Shown here piece after piece: positions 39,585-51,829 of a DNA stretch of 64,000 nucleotides. The position numbers and the translations under genes were made by a program. The notes below the pieces were generated by a model that ran no database searches, was not told where the DNA came from, and worked only from the letters and a program-made list of their open reading frames with translations. Source of the DNA: Glycera tridactyla (lineage: Eukaryota); assembly GCA_965644265.1 (NCBI GenBank), contig OZ286465.1:100254001-100318000 (forward strand), written 5' to 3'. Numbering within the stretch: position 1 is the first letter of the stretch; every line of letters starts with the position of its first letter.

Positions 39585-41951
39585 GGTAACCAGTATACCT
39601 ACAATCGCGAAAGTACCAGTGAATCGCGAAGTTAATCATGCTGATTACAACCATCATGGCGGCTTAATCCAAGATGGTGGACATACATGTACCATTGATT
39701 ATCATCATGGTTCAAGAAATATCCTTGCATGTCAATACCTTGACTGTTTTGATTGTGTATCAAATTCAGCATGATGAGCACTGTGAAGAGGGTCTGCACA
39801 ATTATCCACATGCCACTTATTTCAAGTGAAGTTGGTAAGCAAGCATTTTTGGCATTTTGCTGTGACAAAAGACCCCTTTAAGAGAGACCACCTATCTTGA
39901 GAGACTGCTTATAGGAAGCTCCTCTTTCATTTGGCATAGTTAAATGTACCTTTGACAAGAGACCAATGTGTTTGTGGTTGTATACTTTTCAAGGAGAGGA
40001 GAAATGCTCAAGCTTGAACAGGCCTTCCAAAGATGTGACTCCAGTAAGGTGAGGTTCATAACGGATAACAGTCTGTGAATGGACACAATTATGAATACAA
40101 ACAAGAAGTGCCACTCAAGCACATGAAATAACATGTGATCGTGACATGCTCTCATACACCCAGTGCTTGGGATGGCAGTAAACACTTGACCAAAATGGCC
40201 GCCATGATGGGTCCAGGGTAGAGAAGTCTGAATGACATGTCAACAAACATTGAAGAAAATCTCAATTCATTCACATCATCAGGTGTGCTGAAAAACGTAC
40301 ACCTCTTCTCTGCTGACTGATGGTGGGATTTTGCCATTAAATGTCAACAAAACCAATCTGTGAGTTATCATTCCTGCAGTAGTGACACTGCCTCATTGCG
40401 AGGATGTCCTGCTCAGACCATCTCACGGAAAATTAACAAATCATCCATCAGCAGTATTTGCTAAGTGCTTACTCTACAGACAAGCTTATTTTGTGTTACA
40501 CAAGTTCTAATTACACGTATCTGGTATATTGATTGTATACGCCATAATGGATGACGAGTCACTTGGTCAATTCTGGGCAATCATTGGTTCTCATTGATCA
40601 AGGAACCATCACCAGTTCTGCGGATAATTGTCTAGGTCATCTAAGGTCAATCACAACTCAGGAGAGGTAGGTACATCACCACATATGAGATATGAAAATA
40701 CGTTTTCAGATCCCGGCCAACTAATGGCCAGTGAGCTGACACTATAATCACTGCATAACACAGTGACCAAAATAACCAACCTGATCGAAGCTATGCAAAT
40801 CAATCCCATGTTAACAGGGTAACACCATGGTCAACATTTTTAGTAAAAAAGATGACACCTAGAGTGTCTGTGAATTTTATAAATTCTCCCCTTCTATTGG
40901 GAACCCAGAAAGACAAGTCTTGAATGATTCCACTCATGCCCATCGCATGGGTGTCACAATATAGCACAAACTGATGTGACATCAAACCGAAACCAACCAA
41001 CCAACATTATTTGCTCATGTAAGAACATGATCAATAAAGAGATGAATGGGCCATTATTTTGGGCCCAAGCTCTGACTTAAATGGGAGAATCGAGTGACTT
41101 CATGCTTGGTCCAACCATGAGAAGAAGGAGGTTGTATTGTTGTCACTATTGGTGGATGAATATTCATACAAGTCATATCTGTTTTAATCGGATAATGCTG
41201 AAGGACCCACCTGGCTGATGGACGGATGGACGGACGGACAGACAGAAGGAGACAGACATTTCGGATATATGGCTGTAAATTAGGACACTGACAATTCAGA
41301 TCAAAATCCTGTGCCAAACCTCTCTGCGTGCCATATGCATTCGACTAAAATTTTGAGAAAGCCAAGCACGAAGTGTGGAGCGATATCATTGTTAAATGCA
41401 CTTTGTTCAACTCATACCAGACAAACGAAACGAATCATGTGTGTTTGATACCACATCACCAGGCAAGAGGTTGTCTCAATTTCATGGTATTTTTCAGTCC
41501 AGTACGTCGTGGCTGGCTTGATTTTTAACTGAGTATAAAGACAATCGACACACATCAGACATCTTCTACTTTAGTGATGCTTTATTCAGCAGCTGTTTGA
41601 CTCCCACCAAATGACAAGCTCTAAACAGGCTCAATCTCAACCTTCTCATACTCATATTCACTGAAAATACCCCATGAATATTGTCTCTCTAACATCAATT
41701 CTCACCACGTCAACAAATTTGTATTGACAAAAGAGAGTGGAAATTAACTTGGTATGATTATTCTATACTGGAGATTTTTGAAAGGGTCCAAATATGCACA
41801 AAACTTTGGTGAAGGATTCTTGTATCCATCTCGTGAATGATGGAATGTGAGTGAAGACTTCGAATGTGGTTGTATACCTGTGGAATTGTGTCTAGAAATC
41901 CATCCATCTATCCAGAAGCTGACACCTTTCCGATCAAACATTGTATTAGTA

Positions 41952-42127
41952 CAGCCGAATCTGTGAGGAGAAACCCCCAACAAGAGACGACCTGTGAAAG
42001 GATACTGATTTTTAAGGGCAGCTTTTTAATTTGACAATGTCGAATATTCCTCTGATGAGATACCACCTCTTCTGAGAGACCACTTTCTAGTGACTTATAG
42101 CACATTCTCTGTTTGCAGGTTTGATGG
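41952..42127. mobile_element. MITE family A, degenerate
   Basis: TA-flanked degenerate TIRs and GAGACCAC motifs. Confidence 0.7.
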
Positions 42128-42199
42128 TACTGCATTTATGAAACCAATTCAAGTGAAGAATGAGGCTGGATACACAATGGGAAGCATCAGACAACCAAC

Positions 42200-42374
42200 A
42201 TCCCTGATTTAAAGTATTTTCACTAACTTTGGGAAGAATTTTGAAGACGATTCACGACATCCACAGTGACACAAATCCATCACATGATCAAGGCCACGTG
42301 TAGAATGGTCAAAACGTCGTCAATCGTCTTCAAAATTCGTTCCAAGGTAAGTGAAAATACTTCCGATCATGGAT
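42200..42374. repeat. Foldback element with about 55-bp inverted arms
   Basis: AAGTATTTTCACT...GAATTTTGAAGACGATT pairs with AATCGTCTTCAAAATTC...AGTGAAAATACTT. Confidence 0.85.
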
Positions 42375-43166
42375 CATCTTGGAACCAAGAACAACATATT
42401 TGCCACTGATATCTCATCGTTTCACAAGGATCTATCCCATATCTTCCATGGGTTCAAATCTGTAGACTGCATGCACCACACGGCTCTATATTGAGTATTA
42501 TTTCAACCACCCTTTGGAATATACAACCACAGACACAGACTTGACTGTATAGGCTGACTGCTTCACAAACAACATCACTGCCTATAGCCAAGTAGCCATT
42601 CACACCTGGGTGAAGTGAAGTGGTGGAGTACGGAGGTTCCACTCAGGTACCTCCACACGGAGGTGCCTCCTTAGTGTGATGCACAGATCATATAGATCTG
42701 TGTAATGGTGCAAGTTTGGCCTTGAATGGTGAATCTTGTCCATCCAGGCTACCTACCCAGACAGGAGCCTGCACACATTTATCAACTATGCAGTTCACTT
42801 GAGAACTGAAGTGACTGCACCTAACTCATCACGGCAAGTTGGAGGGTTCTCACTCAACACAATGAAAGTTTGTAGGTAAATTTCTCATCAGTTCCCATGA
42901 AGCCTGTCATGAATTGAGAATGAAAATCAAATGAATCATAATGATTAATACTTCAGTATTATAAGTAACTCGATTCAATCTTGAAACTACATGCAACAAT
43001 GCATCTGTATGAATCTCATCATTCTCCTTCAGTTTTGAAGGCCAAGTTATTCACATTTTCGCAATTGAAATCATCATATTGAAATCATATCAAGCAGCCA
43101 ATTTTTCACAGAGGTTCTCGTCGGTTATATTCATACAGACACAGTTGGACTGACAAGAGTTGGCAC

Positions 43167-43359
43167 TAGTGCTCAGACTGGGTTGCAAATGTGATGATCG
43201 ATTAATCGCACTTGGCAGCGATTGATTATCGAAATTATGCCCTGTATCGAAATTTAGTGACAATGACTTGATCTATTGTCAATTTGCATGATCGTTTAAT
43301 CGAATCGGACCTCTCAACGATGCAATAATCGATATAATCTGGTAATCCTCGCAGCACTA
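43167..43359. mobile_element. hAT-type MITE, 193 bp
   Basis: TIR TAGTGCT/AGCACTA with a perfect 8-bp TSD GTTGGCAC (43159-43166 and 43360-43367); internal CGATTAATCG-like motifs. Confidence 0.9.
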
Positions 43360-44689
43360 GTTGGCACTAAATGTAGATTTTCATGGCATCTTCAACATTC
43401 ACCATGATCAACTGGTTAATTATTTTGGAAAACACAGGTAGAAGCAGAATCCTGTAGGACAGATGCGTGAACCCTGCCCATACAAACAAGGCCTGTATGC
43501 CGCAAAAAAGGATGCCAGATGAGGTAGTGACTGATCATTTGCTTGATTGTTTGGGTTTAAGGCCCTTTAAACCCCAGTCATTTAGGCGGTCGACCATCCA
43601 TCCACCCACTCAAACGCCACCCACCCACCCAAACAATGACCAACTTCCCAGCAACCCACCCATCCACACACCCACCAAGGTTTTTGGCAAATATTCGACA
43701 GATTCTCGAGGTTTATGCTTGAATATAACACAAATTGCTGCTGAGGAATTGATTTGTGCAATCATTTCAACCATTAGTTTGATATTTGTCGTCTTCTTTT
43801 CCATTTCCGTCTGCATGAGGGTGCCTCATTTATCCAGTACACAGCTGATACAAGAGCTGTCTTACTCTCCAAACCTGACCCGAAATATGTAAATCTCATC
43901 TATGAAGGAACAAATGGTGCAATCAAATGCTCAAATGGCTCCCAGGATTAAAATGCTGAAACTTATACACATATAATGCAATAAAACATCAATTTGAAAT
44001 CAATAGAAAAAAGTAGAGGGTATTCATATCATTAGTGGTGTCAAACCTGATGGTGAGCCAGGATCGATCATGAGCTGACAGGAAATTTCTGGAAGTAGGA
44101 GCCATTTTCATGGAAGATATACTCATAAAGAGCTATCCAAGTAATCTATGCAAAGCAGTAAGGCTTTCACAACAACCATACAAGCAAGATCTCATGAAAA
44201 TCGGAGCAGTTTATCACTTTCAATCTTCTACCCTAAATAACACGTTAAAATTTGTTCCATTGTTTGTCATCTAAACTGCAGTCCCAATCGAGAGTGGTAA
44301 GGAAAAGGATGCCCGCAAGGCAGGCATCCTTTAAAATGCACATCTTCCCAAACTCTATCTTCCTGTAAACATGGAAGAAAAATTCCTTATAGCATGCAAT
44401 CATGCAATTGACACAACTACAAAGACTCACAATTTTGAGTTCAATGACATTTGTTCAAGGTCAATGAACTCTCAGAATCACCCTCTATTTTTGTTTTGCT
44501 CTTTACAATATTTCAAATGATTTCACCCTTTTATTTTCAAATTCGAGTATATATGTATCAGTTTATCACTAATCTTGTTACACACATGCTCATAGCAAGA
44601 GAACAGTGGTTGTAACCACGCGACCACAGTATATCTGTATTGATTGAGTGGTCTTGATAATACTAATAGCGTGAATAAAGATGTGCGAA

Positions 44690-44755
44690 TTATTATTGTT
44701 ATTATTATTATTATTGTTATTATTATTATCATTATTATTATTATTATCATTATTA
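44690..44755. repeat. (ATT)n microsatellite
   Basis: Directly visible. Confidence 0.95.
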
Positions 44756-45116
44756 AAAGATCCACTTCCCAGAATTTGAGAAATTTGAAAAGGTGTGAAG
44801 GTTTAAGAAGGAAAACAAGCTGGGACTGTGCTTTTTTGAATAATTAATTGATCAAGACGTAAATTTCAAGTTATTCTTTACATGAGTGGCTATGGAAGTC
44901 CCAAAACACATTTTTGGGCGAGGTTTCGTCCAAATTGTGTTCAGCCATCCTTATACTATATTCATCACATTCTGATCTACTGGAAAATTCAAAGTCTCCC
45001 ATAGAGAGAGTGCGTTTGGTCTTCCACTCTCCCTGGGATTCGGGAGAGTGTTAAATTTGAAGACTGAGGTGCAGAGTGAAAGCTTCCTCGAGAGGGTGAG
45101 GCTTCCTCTGACAATA

Positions 45117-45294
45117 CAGTGAAACATGTCTTGGGAGACCCCTCTTTTGGGAGACCACCCTCTAATGGGAGACCACTCTTTATCTGCTCTTCTCTATTTG
45201 ACATAGTCATATATACCTCCAATGAGAGACCACCTGTCTAGAGAGAGCACTTTTCTTTGGCATTTGGGGCGGTCTCCCAAGACAGGTTTTACTG
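45117..45294. mobile_element. MITE family A, full length, TA TSD
   Basis: TA-CAGTGAAACATG...CAGGTTTTACTG-TA. Confidence 0.92.
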
Positions 45295-45328
45295 TACATC
45301 ACATCCCAGTATGATCATAGTCCTACTT

Positions 45329-45668
45329 CAGTGAAACCTGCAATGAGAGACCCTCCAACGAGAGACCACCTCCAACGGGAGACCACTCTTGCAGGCCAGC
45401 TTTCTTATTTGACATACAGTCGAACCTCCTCTGAAGACCACCTCTGTATAAAGACCACCCCTCTATAAAGGCCACCCTGAGCTGAGACCGTGTCAGTATT
45501 TTCGATAGTGAACGACCTCTCTATTAAGACCATGTTTTGATGCATCTGAAGGTGGTCTTTATAGAGAGGTTCGACTGTAGTCAAATATTCCTATGATGAG
45601 AGACCACCTCTATCGAGAGACCATATTCTGGCAACATTTAGGATGGTCTCTTATCACAGGTTTCACTT
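45329..45668. mobile_element. MITE family A copy interrupted by a family B MITE
   Basis: A-type ends, with the central palindrome split as TTTGACA-TA ... TA-GTCAAATA. Confidence 0.9.
45417..45577. mobile_element. Nested MITE family B, TA TSD
   Basis: TA-CAGTCGAACCTC...GAGGTTCGACTG-TA, perfect 12-bp TIR. Confidence 0.93.
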
Positions 45669-47639
45669 TCCAATATAGTCAAACCTGAGTAACGAGACCA
45701 CTTTCATATCACTGATTCGATTCATACGATTCAATGGACGACTTGACTGCATGAAATTTACTGAGCTTGACAATCTCAAACAAAAAGAAGGATGGGATTG
45801 GAATGATCAAATTGTTTACACCCGTCATGTGAAACTTTGAGTGCTGGTTTCTGTGAGCTGACGGTCCTGTTTCAACTCTTTACTGGACAATGTGCACTTC
45901 CACGAACAGTTTCACTATCATATACGCCTTGATGTTGGTCCTTTGTGTGAATTATCAGGAAGGTTATTAAGCCTGGCAGGGTGGATATGTGTTAACAGGC
46001 TGATCCTGCAGATTAACAATTCCCAGAATACCCAGCAAGATACTCTATCCTATCTTGTCACGTCCCGCTGGGCTACTGTAACATGAGCTGAACACTGCTA
46101 ATCTGGTGAGCCACCAGACACAGAAAATAAGAAGAGATGAGAAAGAAAATAAGAAAAAATCTTTTACTCATGCCTGACCAACTTATTGTCATTTTGAGAA
46201 ATATATTTCAATGATTTTTTGAGTAAGACTCTGGGCTTGTGAACTTACGATGGACAGTTAAGATTATTATCATCCAACACCACATCTAGCAAGTATGTAA
46301 TCACCTCTACTATGCTAGTTCGGAGGCAGGGTATAACTCACGAGGTTATCTGATGTGTGGTATAACCATCACCTGGTCACATGACATGATCTCGCAAAAC
46401 GCTGATTGGAAATAGAATAATCAAGGTCAGAGGTCAACTCACAGCATCGCAGGTTTGAGTTGCCATGAACTAGCATCCAAAGAGACATGTAGACAATCAA
46501 GACTTCATGAGATTCACCATTCTCAGATCATGAAACTTCCAAGGCTTTCAAATGTTGAATCAATATCTCAGATATAAATACCGGATGATGAATACAGAAT
46601 ACCCATCATACCAGGCACAGGCAGGCCATACCTGACTTGTATCCTGTCTCGGGAGGACACTCTTGGCCAATGTGCCTCTAATGTTTCCAGAAGTCATTGG
46701 GCCATTGACGGTTTTTGTTGGGTTTTTTTTTTTTGCTTAGAGGAAGAGTTCTGCATGGGAAATTAGAGAGTGAATGGCCAATAGAGTCTCACCATTACAG
46801 TGAATGTAAAAATAGTTCAAAAATGTACAAGAACATCCCAATTCTTGATCATTTTGTCATGGAATTTGATCATTCAATTCACTACAGTCATGCAGACTGC
46901 AATACTCTCTGTAAGATTTCTTCAAAATGTTGTCCCACTGTGAACATGGGCCTGGCAGTATTTTATTGCTTTGGCTCTGACTGCATGAATCGCACAATCA
47001 CGCTTTTTGTTGTTGTCAACCCTAGACAACGCTATATAACCAGTAAGAGTAGCAGCACAGTCTTATACATCAGGGACTGAGGAAACTCCTAGGGCCTATT
47101 CTTAAAAGTCTTGCTACTTCTCACCTCTGTGCTTGAATTCCTAGCCAGGCATAGATATTAAACAATGTAAAGATTTTCAACACTGTTCCTTGAGACCAGG
47201 GAATCATGAGGAATTCAAGGAGTCTTTATAAGAGTATCTCCCGAGTAACCATCCTGGCATTCGGATCGAAGGATTACACCAGCAAGATTTCGGTCAAGGG
47301 GATGGATGATGGGGCTTTGCAGAAAAAAAGCAGAATATCTCAAATTTCAAAAGTGATTCTATTCAGGGTTGGCAGAGGAAGATTACAGACTTTCCTATAA
47401 ACCCAGTTTATGCCAACTGGGTATCCCAGTTCAGTCACCTTAATGGGAGTCTGTTCTTTATGTATGGGAAAGAACCACTGCCATCTTTAACAAAGATCAG
47501 AGGATTATCCCTGGCACTGGCGCCTCCTTTCTTCAGCATCTTCAGTTCAATATTACCCAGTGGGATGGACGGGATGTTAGACCAGAACAAACATTCCTGT
47601 AATGTAGCACAAAATATGAAAAGAACATAGAGAAGTCAT

Positions 47640-47770
47640 GAATAAGATGTGAGGATCTGCTGATATGTAGGTTCAAACATTCTATGATTGTTCCACATTT
47701 TGTGCTACTGAGTAGCATATAAGAGGAGGATGACCTGGGGTTCATCTTGACCTCAGGAGATGAAGATGCA
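47640..47770 (+). mobile_element. Possible highly decayed CR1 RT fragment
   Basis: EEDDLGFILTS resembles CR1 EExDLGVxxSS. Confidence 0.35.
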
Positions 47771-48174
47771 GAACAAGATGAACCTAATTGGATTATTGCT
47801 GGGATGCTGATTCTGCCTCCTGCATTCCTGGATAGCAACCAGCATCAGCAACAACTACACATACATAAATGAGACACATGTATATATGNNNNNNNNNNNN
47901 NNNNNNNNNNNNNNNNNNNNNNNNNNNNNNNNNNNNNNNNNNNNNNNNNNNNNNNNNNNNNNNNNNNNNNNNNNNNNNNNNNNNNNNNNNNNNNNNNNNN
48001 NNNNNNNNNNNNNNNNNNNNNNNNNNNNNNNNNNNNNNNNNNNNNNNNNNNNNNNNNNNNNNNNNNNNNNNNNNNNNNNNNNNNNNNNNNNNNATGGATA
48101 TGGATATGTACCACAAACAAAGTATCCAAATAACATTATACATTATCGTTACATGTACGCCTACATAAGCATGT

Positions 48175-48241
<67 letters not shown>

Positions 48242-48246
48242 CACAC
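48175..48246. repeat. (CA)n microsatellite
   Basis: Directly visible. Confidence 0.98.
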
Positions 48247-48510
48247 CACTATCATCATCATGTCCTCACTTATTGACAAATCAAAATACAATGCAGAGAA
48301 GTACCCATTTCCTGGAAGTCACCATTTTTGATCAAAACCATGTCAGACACAACCCACAAATTTCCAGTGCCTAATATATGACAGAAAGAAATTTGAACAA
48401 TCACATACATCAAATCACTGTATGCAATCAAGTCATGCCATATACCTGATTGTCATTGACAGTCTTCCCTCTTGATAGATTTAAGTGGCAATTTTTGGGT
48501 ATAGCAAGAC

Positions 48511-48770
48511 TATATGGCCGTGAAGTAAAAACGCAATACCAAACAAGGTGTGAATTTCACAGGATGTCTCAAGGCCAAAGGCCTAGTGACATCCAGAGAA
48601 ATTCCCACCGAGTTTGGTATCGCATTTTTACCTCACGGTCATATAGGCTTGCTTTTATCACATGGATCAGGGGAGAAATCGTCTAAAAGTAGTTCCCATC
48701 CAGCTGTGAAGTATCACACGCAATACCCAACACCTGATACTTCACTGAAAATGGCACATCCATGTGATAA
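48511..48770 (+). repeat. Family C, copy 3
   Basis: Full hairpin with central GGCCAAAGGCC, plus tail. Confidence 0.9.
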
Positions 48771-49422
48771 ATTTTGGTCATGTAATCCTTCAATCCGAGT
48801 GCCAAAATGATTGCTTGTAAAATATTGTTATAAAGACCCTGATAGATTCCCTGGTCTTAAGGAACTGTGTTGAAATCCTTACGTCTGTCCAATACTTTTG
48901 CCTGGCTAGGAACTCAAGCAAACAAGTGACCTCAGAGGTAAGAAATAGCAAGTATAAACTAGGCCCTAGGAATTTCCTCAGTCCCTTTTGTCAAGGACTG
49001 TGCTACTCTTACTGATTAACAAAAACGTTGTCTAGGGTAGACAACAAAAAAGCGTGATTGTGAATAATCTTTCCTCAGGCAACCAACTGTGATTCAAAAT
49101 TCATCTTGTGAAGAGCATGTTTGATTCAGAGACTTGCATTGAAACACGGAACAAATAAGCAACAGATATTGATTTAGATTCATTTATTGCAGTATAATAC
49201 CTCACCTCGCTCCATCACCCTTCTCTTCTTGGTATCGAATAAGAAAATGGAAGTTCAAGCTAGACGGATCTCCAGGTTACTTCAAAGAAGAAGTAATTAC
49301 TTCATCATTCAAACTGAAGCTCACAGATACTCGCACATTCACCCAAATACCTGTTCACAACACACTTGCTGCTCCACATACACTAAAACGGATCCAAGGG
49401 AGAAGTGCACATGGTTAGTGTG

Positions 49423-50821
49423 TGTAACGGGCCAGAAGAATGGATGATGAATGAGGATGAAATGGAAGATCAAAAGATCCCAACTTATCTACCCAAGATC
49501 AAACCAACCCAAGCAGTGCAGATCCTCTGAAATTATTGGCTCCGAAACGATACGCTAACAAGACAGAGAAAACATTTCGGGTCTATGATAACACAGAACC
49601 GAACACGTCATCTCATCTCAGCGAATACCGAATCTAAGCAATTCCCAAGACTACACGAGCGGACGGTGCGATTTAGAGATGATTTACACTACAATAACTT
49701 CGTGGAACCAAGTTCGACTTCGAAACAATCAAGTTCTAACTCCGGGATCAAGCAAGAACTTAAGTCGAAGTGATGCTGGTCACAGAAAAGCGATAATCTT
49801 CATAGCGATGAGCTAGTGAGTGAAAGAAAACACCGGGAGGCGTTCAATGTCAACTGTGAATGCACCTACAAGTCACGCTCCGACTGAAGGAAGCTAAGCG
49901 CTGTAGCACACACAACACACATATCGCTGATTCACCCAAGCATACGGCAGGCCGCTAAAGCTGAAAAGAGTTCATCAGGTAATCGAACACTTTGAAGAAG
50001 AATTTGAAAGTCTATGAAGACGAATGACGCTTCAAGACTAAAGAATTCAATTCAAAAATCAAATTCAAACTTCGAAAGTCTAAATTGAAATTCGAAATCC
50101 AAAGAAGTGTTCAAAGAATAGTGTTCACAGTGTAACACGCTGCAAATTGACTTAAGAGTTCATACTGTAAGAAATATTCCCAAGAGAAGCTTGGATACTA
50201 TCAACCAGGACAAGGGTAGTCACACTCTGTCGGGGACAGTGTCACTCAAATGGGTTCACTACAGTGAACAAAGTCAACCGGTTTTCACCACTGGATTGTT
50301 CATCGGTGAATCTTAAGATGTGACAAGGTGAAACACATTACCAGTTACCATGCAGTGCTGGTCGACTGCAATGCACCAAGCTGCATACCGATTCAGAAGA
50401 TGTCGTAACGTCACGAGATGTCGTCACACGATGTCGTATACAACACACTCACACTGACGTCAGTTATCGCTCGAGCTGAACGAAGGTCATCGGAGGTCAG
50501 TCCATACCAACTATACCGAGCATATCAGCTAAGTCGGGTGACGACGATCGCTCTACTCTACAGGCGACTTCGAACTGCACGAAGGATGTCTCCGGATGAT
50601 GTCATCGAAGATGTCACCGAAGGCAAAACACCTCGTAGCAAGGGAAGGAACCGAAGTATTCTCCCCAAGAAGATACTTCCAAAGAAGAGACTTCCAAAGA
50701 AGATACTTCCGGAGAAGAGAGACTCCCGAAGAAGATCGCCCCGAAGGCCACTCCACGACTTCTAGCACTGGAAACGTTCGGCTGACGACCAGTAAGCCAT
50801 GGCATGCATGCTGCCGCTACA
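49423..50821. mobile_element. Possible solo LTR, about 1.4 kb
   Basis: TGTAACGG...CCGCTACA termini (7/8 inverted match) bracket a CpG-rich block with internal 15-bp repeats (about 50665-50745). No TSD, PBS or PPT seen. Confidence 0.4.
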
Positions 50822-51516
50822 GGAAAAGAAGAAACCCAATTTCCCTCAGCATTCATGTGTGGTATGAAAACTAAGTCAAAATTTTATGTTATATCGTTTA
50901 ATTTGCAATTTTTTTGGTATTTTATATGGTTCCTAATTCATTCGAAGAGACTATAGTTAAGAGAATTGAACATTCCATGTTAAGGCAAAGCTCCATGTAT
51001 CCACTAACTAAATGGCAGACAATGGGTTCTATGTTGTTGATACTAACTCCCTCAATCAGTTAAGACTAACCAGAGTTAAGATAGTTAAGCTCAAAGAATA
51101 TTTGTTGAGCCGAGACTACTTTTAATCAAGTGATTACCCGCAATACTAATGCCATCAACAATCATTCTAACAAAAAAGCACGAAGCTGATTTGCATGAAC
51201 TTTGTTTTGATTCAAGTCAGCATTAGTAGAGCAATAGCCCGAATCAGGATCCGAAAACAGACAATGTTCAACTACGCATCCAGTTGGCATGACTGTGGAC
51301 TGATTCTGCTATTTTTATTTATCGAATTTTGCTAAGTGATTTCACAAAGAAATTGCTTGCAAAATCAAGAAATTTCAATTTCTCAATCAATTGAGTGCCA
51401 TTTCAAAGAGGACTACTCACTATCAATTGCAAGAATTAAATAAATTCCATTGAGAAATAGCAAGTGTCATGATGTTCTAAGAGGGCTATCAATTGTAAAC
51501 AAGTCAAAACTCTCAC

Positions 51517-51608
51517 CTGGCCATACATGGAGGTCCACTGAAGACCACCCACAATGGCAAGCAACACAGTGAATTCCGAATGGAATTCTACAAGTTCACT
51601 ACCTATGC
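51517..51608 (-). CDS. Candidate 92-nt exon (IGSELVEFHSEFTVLLAIVGGLQWTSMYGQ)
   Basis: CACACAG acceptor and CAG|GTGAGA donor; one open frame, phase-compatible with the 59041-59112 exon. Confidence 0.3.
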
Positions 51609-51829
51609 CTGTGTGGCAAGATTTTTCTATCTGTTCTTGTTATTCCATAGCCAAGTACTTCTTGACACAAGAAAAGAAGACAAGGAGGCTATTTGACTGA
51701 AATTGACAAGCTAAATTGGCTAAGATGACTAAAAGCACTACGAGAGCTACAAAGTGTCTTCACGAAATGGAATGGGTGTAATATGTGACTTGGAATTGTT
51801 GTAGATATACTGTGAGGGTTCCTGAAGGT

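Larger units (their letters stand above)
3263..48093. other. Assembly gaps at 3263-3511, 7389-7570, 17047-17235, 30541-30939 and 47889-48093
   Basis: Runs of N. Confidence 1.
46993..49062. repeat. Inverted pair of about 215-bp repeats (46993-47205 and 48845-49062)
   Basis: Collinear reverse-complement match from CACAATCACGC to GACCAGGGAATC, with indels. Confidence 0.9.

Noticed and set aside
50418-50874. Basic ORFs of 71-115 aa
   Set aside because: They arise from 15-bp repeats in a CpG-rich block; no domain recognised.
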